Translations under genes and position numbers: made by a program
Shown here: positions 27,864 to 34,893 of the stretch, piece after piece
Numbering within the stretch: position 1 is the first letter of the stretch
Layout of the letters: each line of letters starts with the position of its first letter
Notes under the pieces: generated by a model
The model's database searches: none
Seen by the model: only the letters and a program-made list of their open reading frames with translations
Told to the model about the DNA's origin: nothing
From: Patescibacteria group bacterium
GTDB taxonomy: Bacteria; Patescibacteriota; Microgenomatia; UBA12405
DNA: 34,893 nucleotides
Direction of reading: 5' to 3'
Assembly: GCA_018818185.1 (NCBI GenBank)
Contig: JAHISL010000105.1
Location: 1 to 34,893 of the forward strand

Positions 27864-28292
27864 TTATTTTCCAGTGGTACCAAAACCACCACGAGAAGGA
27901 CTGGTCATGACGTCGACTTCATTAAATTCAAAAGTTTCGCATTTGATTAAAATTAACTGGCAAAGACGAGTCCCCTTGTCGATGTTAACCGTTGAATCTG
28001 TAAAATTACGGACAGCAAAATGATATTCGTCATCGTTGCCACAATAATCCCTGTCAACGATACCCACACCATTGATCCCCTGAATACCAAGCTTGTGAGT
28101 AGAACTTCTTGGAGCAAGGAGAATAAAATAGCCATCAGGTATTTTAATGGCAACATTCATGGGAATATAGGTAATTTCTTTTGGTTTAATTTCAACATCT
28201 ACCCGAGAGCAAAGATCAACTGCAACCGCACCGGCGGTTTTATGGGTAGGCAGAGGTAAGGTTTTATCGAAACGTTTTATTTTTAGTTGCAT
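27864..28292 (-). CDS. dut: dUTP diphosphatase, trimeric type
   Basis: AVAVDL, PRSS, GIVDRDYCG, RLCQL, RGGFGTTG motifs; TAATG overlap with the upstream helicase. Confidence 0.95.
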   Translation of the reverse strand: MQLKIKRFDKTLPLPTHKTAGAVAVDLCSRVDVEIKPKEITYIPMNVAIKIPDGYFILLAPRSSTHKLGIQGINGVGIVDRDYCGNDDEYHFAVRNFTDSTVNIDKGTRLCQLILIKCETFEFNEVDVMTSPSRGGFGTTGK

Positions 28293-31200
28293 TATTTTTC
28301 AAACAAGTAATGGAGGTGGGATTTGTCGGAACAATTGTCCCCAATTTCAAAAAATTCAAGATTTAGAATTTTTTGATAGACCTCTTTGATCTGAGTTTTA
28401 AGTTTTTCAACATCCTCAGAAGTAATGTCAAAATTTTTTCGAAGAAAAATATTTTTTTGTTTACTCTTCTCAACAAAATCAATGACTCCCCCATCAAACT
28501 TTAATTGAGAGTCATTTTTAATATCCAAGAGAAGTTTATAAAAAACGAGCTGACGAAAATAATCACCGTCTTTGGATAGTTCTTTATATTTACTGTCAGG
28601 ATTGCCGGTTTTAAAATCGTAAACCCTTATTTTTCCATTGGCCTCTTTCTCAATTAAATCTATTTTTCCAGTAAGGGGGATTTGATCAAAGACAATATTG
28701 TCGTTATAAAAATTATATTCTGAAACGCTGCCATCCTTGATTGTGTCAAAGTATTGATCGTGGTAGTCGCCAAGAAGTTGACGGCCTTTTTGAAGGCACC
28801 AATCATGATCGATTTTGGAGAGACGCTCGTCTTTGAGAGCTTTGGTAAAGATGGAAATTGTTTCATCTTTGGATAATTTTTGGCGATAAAGATGAGAGAG
28901 AGCGTGGTGAACGGCTGTGCCAAAACTACTAAATTTTTCCTTGTTTTGGGGAATTCTAAGGATAGTTTTGTAGTAAAAACAGAGAGGGCAGCGGAGGTAA
29001 GAATTAAGATGGCTAACATTGAATTTGTAAGAGTCACGAAGATAGGAGCGCAAATAAGCACCAAGGTCAGAATCTAAGAAATGAGAGCGATTGGCAAACT
29101 GGTAATAAGTTTTTAGAGCGGCTTGTTTGTCTTTGAAATCAATTTTTTCAATGAGATGATCGTCAATTTCTGAAATAAATAGTGATGGGGTCTGGCTTTT
29201 ACCGTTTTCTTTGTATTGGGAAAAGGTTAAATAGATCTGCTTTTTGGCTCGGGTGAGAGCGACGTAAAACAATCTCCGATCTTCTTCGAAATCATCTTCA
29301 ATGTCTTTTGTAATTTCACTCTGAAGAAGACCAAGAGGTAATTTTAGTTTATTAATATCTCGCTGATTTTCCCAGGAATCTTGCAAAAGGTGGTAGATAA
29401 AAACGTGATTAAACTCGAGACCCTTGGCCCCGTGAATAGTAAGAAGCTTGATCGAATCAGAAGAATCATGGGAAACTGATGGAGAAGAAATGGGAAGATT
29501 GTTGTCAAGATATAGATTTACTCTTTTTAAAAAATCGCTGAGGTTCAGGTCTTTTTGATTAACAGTATCTTTGAGAAATTTATAAAAAGTATGAACCTGG
29601 TTTAAAGAATCGATATCGTTTTGAGAAAGAAGATACTTTAAGATGCGAAATCTTTTTAGAAGACGGTTCAATACTTTTTCGAGAGGATAATTTTCTAAAT
29701 CAACTTTGGTTTTGGCAATTCTTTTTCCAAAATTAGAAATAATTTTCTTTGAAGATTCTGAAATTTTTAGACTTTTTATTTTTTTGCTATCGAAAATTAG
29801 GTCAGAGAGGACAAGTTTGCTTTTGAGAACTTTGACTAAATCGATAGGCTTTAATGCCACAAAAGAAGAGGCTAGTAGATGATATAAGGACTCGTCCAAA
29901 TCAGGATCGTTGATAAATTCCAACAATTTAATTAGTTGGATAATAATAGGGCTCTTTAGAATATTGGTATCTGAAGGAAGAAAAAATTTCAAATTAAAGG
30001 CGGATAACATTTTGGATAATTCTTCTGAGTCTTTATTTTTTCGAAAGAGAATGGCGATTTCTTCGGGTTTTTCACCTGATTTAATTAGATCAGAAATTTT
30101 TTGAGCCACAAAATAGTCCTCTTCAATGTTGGAATTTAGAGCAACTAAGTTTATGGGGTCGGGGTCATAATCAACCGAAGAAACAAGACTTTTGTCGACA
30201 TCAGTGATGAGGTTGGCAATGCGATTTTGGTTGTGAGAGATGACGCTTTGGGAAGATTCTAAAATTAATTTATGACTCCGATAGTTGTTTTTTAAGACAA
30301 TCTTTTGAGGATTATATTTCTGGTAAAAATGGTAAATGTTTTCTACGCTGGCTCCCTGAAAGCGGAAAATTGATTGGTCATCGTCACCAACAACAAAAAG
30401 ATTGGGGCGATCATAATAGGAAGCCAATAGTTCGATAAGGTGGTTTTGGGAAGAATTGGTGTCCTGATATTCATCAACAAGAATATATTGATACTTTTCT
30501 TGATAAGTTAGCAAAAGATCAGGATTTTGCTTGAAGGCGTCGAGGACAAAGAGAATCATGTCTTGGTAGTCATAGAGAGATCTTTTCCGTAAGTTTTTCT
30601 GATATGAATTGAAGAGATTAATAAACTCAAGTTGTTTGGGAATATTTTTTTCAAGATCTTGGTGAAGCTTTTTTATTTTAGTCTTAACTTCAGATAAATT
30701 TTCTGATGAGTTTCGAAGGATTTGAAGATGAGCCTTTAGATTGACGGAGAGATTGGGAAGATTTATTAGGGAATCAATTATGTCATTAATCTGAGGATAA
30801 TTATTTTTGGTGGCGCGAAGGGCACTAAGCTCTGTAATAATTTTTTGAGAATTTTTGTAAAAATATTGTTGATCTTCGACAAGTTCAGACAGGGTCTCGG
30901 AGGAGATATTCTCCCTTTTTACTAGATAAAGATTGTTGATGATACTTTTTTGATAAAAATAACGATCGCCCCAAGTGATCAGAGGGGAAGTATTGTCTAA
31001 CTTATCAATAAGATGGCGAACGAGCTCAATAGTTTCCAGATCATCGATTGACTTAAGTTCGGTAGAAAAGGGAAAATATTCTGGTTTCGTGGAGATTATA
31101 TCGTTGCAAAAAGAATGAAAGGTGCAAATTTTTACCTTGTAAGCATCTGAGCCAATAAGAGAGAGGAGACGATTCCTCATGTTGGTGGCGGCAATGTCAG

Positions 31201-31393
31201 TGTAAGTTAGACATAAAATTGAAGTGGGAGAGGTGTCGGTTTTTTTTAAAATATTGGCAATGCGAAGAGCAATTGTCTGGGTTTTGCCAGTACCAGCACC
31301 AGCAATGACCATAACAGGACCTTCAAGAGTGTCAACAGCTTCCTTTTGCTGGGGATTTAATTTCTGGTATTCGGAGTTAAAATTTGGAGCCAC
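28292..31393 (-). CDS. UvrD/PcrA-family SF1 helicase with C-terminal PD-(D/E)XK nuclease domain
   Basis: AGAGTGKT, TFHSF, VDEYQD, VGDDDQSIFRFQGA, NYRS, TIHGAKGLEF, EEDRRLFYVALTRAK; C-terminal GTAVH, GKIDLI, YDFKTG, RQL.FY. Confidence 0.92.
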   Translation of the reverse strand: MAPNFNSEYQKLNPQQKEAVDTLEGPVMVIAGAGTGKTQTIALRIANILKKTDTSPTSILCLTYTDIAATNMRNRLLSLIGSDAYKVKICTFHSFCNDIISTKPEYFPFSTELKSIDDLETIELVRHLIDKLDNTSPLITWGDRYFYQKSIINNLYLVKRENISSETLSELVEDQQYFYKNSQKIITELSALRATKNNYPQINDIIDSLINLPNLSVNLKAHLQILRNSSENLSEVKTKIKKLHQDLEKNIPKQLEFINLFNSYQKNLRKRSLYDYQDMILFVLDAFKQNPDLLLTYQEKYQYILVDEYQDTNSSQNHLIELLASYYDRPNLFVVGDDDQSIFRFQGASVENIYHFYQKYNPQKIVLKNNYRSHKLILESSQSVISHNQNRIANLITDVDKSLVSSVDYDPDPINLVALNSNIEEDYFVAQKISDLIKSGEKPEEIAILFRKNKDSEELSKMLSAFNLKFFLPSDTNILKSPIIIQLIKLLEFINDPDLDESLYHLLASSFVALKPIDLVKVLKSKLVLSDLIFDSKKIKSLKISESSKKIISNFGKRIAKTKVDLENYPLEKVLNRLLKRFRILKYLLSQNDIDSLNQVHTFYKFLKDTVNQKDLNLSDFLKRVNLYLDNNLPISSPSVSHDSSDSIKLLTIHGAKGLEFNHVFIYHLLQDSWENQRDINKLKLPLGLLQSEITKDIEDDFEEDRRLFYVALTRAKKQIYLTFSQYKENGKSQTPSLFISEIDDHLIEKIDFKDKQAALKTYYQFANRSHFLDSDLGAYLRSYLRDSYKFNVSHLNSYLRCPLCFYYKTILRIPQNKEKFSSFGTAVHHALSHLYRQKLSKDETISIFTKALKDERLSKIDHDWCLQKGRQLLGDYHDQYFDTIKDGSVSEYNFYNDNIVFDQIPLTGKIDLIEKEANGKIRVYDFKTGNPDSKYKELSKDGDYFRQLVFYKLLLDIKNDSQLKFDGGVIDFVEKSKQKNIFLRKNFDITSEDVEKLKTQIKEVYQKILNLEFFEIGDNCSDKSHLHYLFEK

Positions 31394-31395
31394 AA

Positions 31396-32253
31396 CTATA
31401 TTTTATCCAAGAATGACAAAACATGTTGCTGGAAGTCTTCGGGAAGGGCAGAAAAGATGTCGTGATTAGTTTCGGTTTGCCAAAATTCTTTGGGTTCGTT
31501 GGCTAAATTATAAAGTAGCTGAGCGTCTTTATGATTTATATAAGTGTCATTTTGGGCGGAGAAAATAGTTATTGGGACATAAATTTTAGAAATAAGAGCT
31601 TGGGGAGAGGTTTTTGGTGAACTTAGGCCAAATTTGGCAAGAATAGCTACTTTAGTGGGTAAAAAACTCAGGGAATTGTTTTGATTTAGTCTAAATTTAT
31701 AAAGAGATTCAACACTGGCGTAAGGCACGGAGGCAATTATAAAATCTCCCTTACCGGTTTTGGCAACACTGTTGATGGCAGTGGTGGCACCCATAGAAAA
31801 TCCCAAATAACCAATTTTTACGTTTTGGTTTTCGGGAAGAGAAAAAAGATAATCGTAAACAGTTTCCAAGTCTTGCCACTCTTTGGTGCCAAGAAAAATT
31901 TGATCACCGTCACTACTACCAAAAGAACGAAGATCGACGGCTAGAGCGGAGTAACCAGCGTGATTTAGGTATTCAACGTGGCCCATCATTTGGTTTTTTC
32001 CGCCAGGATTACTGTAGCCGTGAACCAAGACAACAACCGCCTTGGGTTTGTTGACAGGAAAATACCAAAAGCCAATCTTTTGGTGGTTGGAGTTTTCTAA
32101 ATATTCAGTTTTGGCGTAGACTGCCTGTCGGGAAGTGGTGGTGGTTTGGGTAGCGTGAATATTTAGCTCTTGATAGAGACTAGACCATGATTTTAGGGAA
32201 AAACCTAGCAATAAGACTAAAAGCGAAAAACAAAGATATGTTAACCACCTCAT
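31396..32253 (-). CDS. Alpha/beta-fold hydrolase with N-terminal signal or anchor
   Basis: VLVHGY, DLRSFGSSDG, nucleophile elbow GFSMG, D and H triad candidates (NDTY, NHD). Confidence 0.88.
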   Translation of the reverse strand: MRWLTYLCFSLLVLLLGFSLKSWSSLYQELNIHATQTTTTSRQAVYAKTEYLENSNHQKIGFWYFPVNKPKAVVVLVHGYSNPGGKNQMMGHVEYLNHAGYSALAVDLRSFGSSDGDQIFLGTKEWQDLETVYDYLFSLPENQNVKIGYLGFSMGATTAINSVAKTGKGDFIIASVPYASVESLYKFRLNQNNSLSFLPTKVAILAKFGLSSPKTSPQALISKIYVPITIFSAQNDTYINHKDAQLLYNLANEPKEFWQTETNHDIFSALPEDFQQHVLSFLDKI

Positions 32254-32312
32254 TAATATCAGTCTAGCAGAAAATGAGAGATAGGGAACACTTTAACTTT
32301 ATAAAAATAAAG

Positions 32313-32651
32313 TTATTGTCTTCGTCTAATAATCTCACTGAGATTATTAATTTTCCCGGCAATTTCTTGAGCGCTGTCCCTCGAAGCAAAAGGAACTAAT
32401 TCCCCATCTTCAAGAAAAAGACCAACAACGGCTTCAGTGCGAAAATCGCCATTACCTTTGGCACCCCTAACTTGAACCATGATTGGGTCTGATAGTCGAG
32501 AAGGATCTACGCTTCTTAATTCTTTGACAGCCACATCGTCAGTATTATTTGTAGGATTTAAGATGATAAAAAAACCCTGGGGAAGAATGTTTCGGTCCTC
32601 TTGTGGGCGATTATCAGTGTACTTTAGTTGTAGTTCTTTTCCTTTTGCCAT
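32313..32651 (-). CDS. Orphan hypothetical protein (112 aa)
   Basis: Intergenic ORF with TAAAAT 8 nt upstream of the ATG. Confidence 0.6.
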   Translation of the reverse strand: MAKGKELQLKYTDNRPQEDRNILPQGFFIILNPTNNTDDVAVKELRSVDPSRLSDPIMVQVRGAKGNGDFRTEAVVGLFLEDGELVPFASRDSAQEIAGKINNLSEIIRRRQ

Positions 32652-32699
32652 AAGGTGGTATTTTACAGCATATTTTAAAAATTGCCAGAAAAAGATTGA

Positions 32700-34145
32700 T
32701 TATTTGAGCAGCTTCTCCAATATCTCTTTGGCCAGCTGGGGATTGGCAGAACCTTTTGAAACTTTCATAAGTTGACCGACTAAAAAGCCGATAGCTAAGG
32801 GGTTTTTTCGATAGTCTTCAACGGCCTTTGAATTGGCCTCGATAACCTCTTTGGCAAACTGCTCTAAAGAAGCGGTGTCGGAAACTTGAATTAGACCTTT
32901 TTCTTTGGCAATTTCGACAGGATCTTTGGCGGTTTCATATGATTCAACAATGACTTGTTTGGCAACAGAAGAAGAGATTTCAGAGTTCTTTACCGCTTTA
33001 AATAAATTGGAAAAATATTCACCAGATAGTTTTGAGATATCAAAAGACTCCTGGGTCTCGTTTAATTTTTGTCTAATGGCACCAGAAAATAAATTGGCGG
33101 TAAATTTGGCAAATTCATTAAATTCCGGTTTTCCAATTAAAGCTTGGACAATGGCGTCAAAGGCGTTGGAGAAAGACAAATCTTCGGCCAGCAAATTGGC
33201 ATCATAATCAGATAGATCATAAGATTTATACTTGGCAATTTTGGCGTCGGGAAGCTCGGGAAGGGTTTTTTTAATTTCTTCAATTTGGTCTTTGGAAAAG
33301 ATAACTGGAGGAATGTCCGGTTCGGGGAAATAGCGGTAGTCAGCACTCCCCTCTTTTTCTCGCTGAAGAAAAGTCTGGTTTTTGTCAGCATCCCAACCAC
33401 GGGTGGTTTTGTTGGTGGAATTTTTTGTGATTTTGTCAGATTGATATTGATCGATTTGACGTTTGATCTCGTAATCAATGGCATTTTCTACACCGGTAAG
33501 AGAGGCAACATTTTTTATCTCGGCGAGGGGGGTATAGTAAACACCGGTTTCGTCCTCAACTTTAATATTGATAGTGGGTTCGCAACGCATGGAACCTTTT
33601 TCAATGTCAGCGTCGGAAATACCGATATAGCGAATGACTTGTTGGATTTTATTTAAATATTTTTTGGCTTCTTGAGCTGATTGAATATCGGGCTCGGAAA
33701 CAATCTCGACAAGAGGGACACCAGAACGATTAAAATCAAGAAGAGTTGAGGCGTCTATATGGATAGATTTTCCCGTGTCTTCCTCCATATGAGCACGATT
33801 TATACGGATTTCATGACCATCGATGTTTAACTTACCGTTAATAGCAAAAGGTTTCTGGAGCTGGGTGATTTGATAACTTTTTGCGAGATCCGGATAGAAA
33901 TAGTTTTTTCTTTCAAAAAATGTTTCTTCGTTGATAGTGCAGTCCAAGGCTAGCCCCAATTTGATACACCACTCACAGGCTTTTTTGTTGGGAACGGGAA
34001 GAGCGCCAGGTAAACCAAGGCAGACGGGGCAAGTGTGGGTATTGGGTTCGACATGAAAATGATTGGCATCACAAGAACAAAACATCTTTGATTTTGTTTT
34101 TAGTTCAACGTGGACTTCGAGTCCGATAATAGGTGTTGTTTTCAT
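32700..34145 (-). CDS. gatB: Asp-tRNA(Asn)/Glu-tRNA(Gln) amidotransferase subunit B
   Basis: IGLEVHVEL, CPVCLGLPGALP, RKNYFYPDL, HMEEDTGK, DFNRSGVPLVEIVSEP, DYRYFPEPD; start at ATG 34145. Confidence 0.97.
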   Translation of the reverse strand: MKTTPIIGLEVHVELKTKSKMFCSCDANHFHVEPNTHTCPVCLGLPGALPVPNKKACEWCIKLGLALDCTINEETFFERKNYFYPDLAKSYQITQLQKPFAINGKLNIDGHEIRINRAHMEEDTGKSIHIDASTLLDFNRSGVPLVEIVSEPDIQSAQEAKKYLNKIQQVIRYIGISDADIEKGSMRCEPTINIKVEDETGVYYTPLAEIKNVASLTGVENAIDYEIKRQIDQYQSDKITKNSTNKTTRGWDADKNQTFLQREKEGSADYRYFPEPDIPPVIFSKDQIEEIKKTLPELPDAKIAKYKSYDLSDYDANLLAEDLSFSNAFDAIVQALIGKPEFNEFAKFTANLFSGAIRQKLNETQESFDISKLSGEYFSNLFKAVKNSEISSSVAKQVIVESYETAKDPVEIAKEKGLIQVSDTASLEQFAKEVIEANSKAVEDYRKNPLAIGFLVGQLMKVSKGSANPQLAKEILEKLLK

Positions 34146-34146
34146 A

Positions 34147-34872
34147 TTATTCTTCGGTGGTACCTCCCCATTCAACAACAACAAAACCGTTGCGTTTAGG
34201 GGTAACGATAACCGGTTCATTAAGAACAATGGGGTTATCTAAATGTTTAAAATAAAATTCAACTCGAATAATTGTGTCAGGGGTTGGATTAACAGTGATG
34301 TCCATATTTTCTCCGAGAAAATCTTCGGATAAAAGCTTGATCTCATAAAAACCGGGAAGAGTTAATTCTTTGAGCCAATATGATTTGAACTGGGAAATTT
34401 CTTTTTTATTTAGTCCGAACATGGGAAGATATTTGGAAAACCACGATTTTAGATCTTTGGTGGCAACGACCCAGCCCTCTTCACCAACTTCATATTTATC
34501 AAGTTTGGCTTCATAAAATAAATAATCATAACGATTATCGATAAGGCTGTTTGGAGTGGCAATGACATACCAACCATTTTTGGGATACGAGGGAATACTT
34601 TTGGTGAGAGTACCTCTGATATTTAATTTGACGGAGACGGGAATAAAAGAGGTAGGATAAAGATAAATAGCTGGTTTTTTAGTAACAGGAAGAAGTGGTT
34701 GAGGGGTTGGACTGGGGACAATAGTTGGGGTAGGAATCGGACTGGGAAGTGGAGAGGGACTGGGAAGGATAACAAAGGGATAGGCGGCGGAAATGTAGTT
34801 TTTTTTATAAGCAATGACAACAGAAAATGCGATTATAAAAAAGAAAATTATAATTTTTAATAAAAATTTCAT
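34147..34872 (-). CDS. Membrane-anchored protein with Pro linker and conserved uncharacterised KP(A/V)IYLYP...EWGG domain
   Basis: N-terminal TM, PSPSPLPSPIPTPT linker, KPAIYLYP, YLFYEA, F..YW, P.PDT.IRV, GFVVVEWGG. Confidence 0.8.
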   Translation of the reverse strand: MKFLLKIIIFFFIIAFSVVIAYKKNYISAAYPFVILPSPSPLPSPIPTPTIVPSPTPQPLLPVTKKPAIYLYPTSFIPVSVKLNIRGTLTKSIPSYPKNGWYVIATPNSLIDNRYDYLFYEAKLDKYEVGEEGWVVATKDLKSWFSKYLPMFGLNKKEISQFKSYWLKELTLPGFYEIKLLSEDFLGENMDITVNPTPDTIIRVEFYFKHLDNPIVLNEPVIVTPKRNGFVVVEWGGTTEE

Positions 34873-34893
34873 AGTTTTGGTTTTTGAAGATGA

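Noticed and set aside
3167..33656. Numerous antisense and off-frame ORFs of 60-190 aa within core genes and the MTAE array
   Set aside because: They are nested in or largely overlap well-supported genes and have no recognisable motifs; expected shadow ORFs.
34146..34229. N-terminal extensions in the ORF track for gatB (also rodZ-like, DHH-like, ORF 6884 and ORF 22007)
   Set aside because: Downstream ATGs fit homology boundaries, promoter or SD spacing, or avoid overlaps.
1..34893. Alternative genetic code (TGA recoding as in Gracilibacteria/Absconditabacteria), tRNA/rRNA genes, prophage
   Set aside because: Long genes translate intact under code 11 and TGA ends rmuC and the toxin gene. Intergenic gaps are short, and I saw no cloverleaf, rRNA or phage hallmark sequences.

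Overview
Gene-dense, low-GC bacterial chromosome segment, almost all coded on the minus strand. Several features suggest a Patescibacteria/CPR (Microgenomates-like) genome (inference): N-terminally truncated IF2, compact AlaRS, HrcA and GrpE, small Pro/Thr-linker membrane-anchored proteins, and interspersed orphan ORFs. The housekeeping backbone in transcription order (right to left) is gatB, alpha/beta hydrolase, UvrD-like helicase-nuclease, dut, rmuC, hrcA-grpE-dnaK-dnaJ (with CIRCE), nusA-infB-degenerate DHH-rpsO-pnp, a HigBA-like TA pair, a protease-less Lon ATPase, family-4 UDG, rnj, proS, ftsK, rodZ-like and alaS (runs off the left edge). I found no rRNA, tRNA, CRISPR, integrase or transposase. 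Most notable: (1) a plus-strand tandem array of four 135-137 aa, highly divergent, beta-rich orphan paralogs, all starting MTAE(V/I), three preceded by a conserved ungapped 47-bp promoter/start repeat, with a possible dispersed fifth member; (2) a second tandem array of three small Cys-rich orphan paralogs inside the infB-rpsO region; (3) a pervasive leaderless-gene signature (-10 hexamer 5-8 nt before start codons); (4) candidate cis-regulatory RNAs upstream of nusA and rpsO; (5) a Lon AAA+ module lacking its protease domain. All product calls come from motif recognition by eye; no searches were run.
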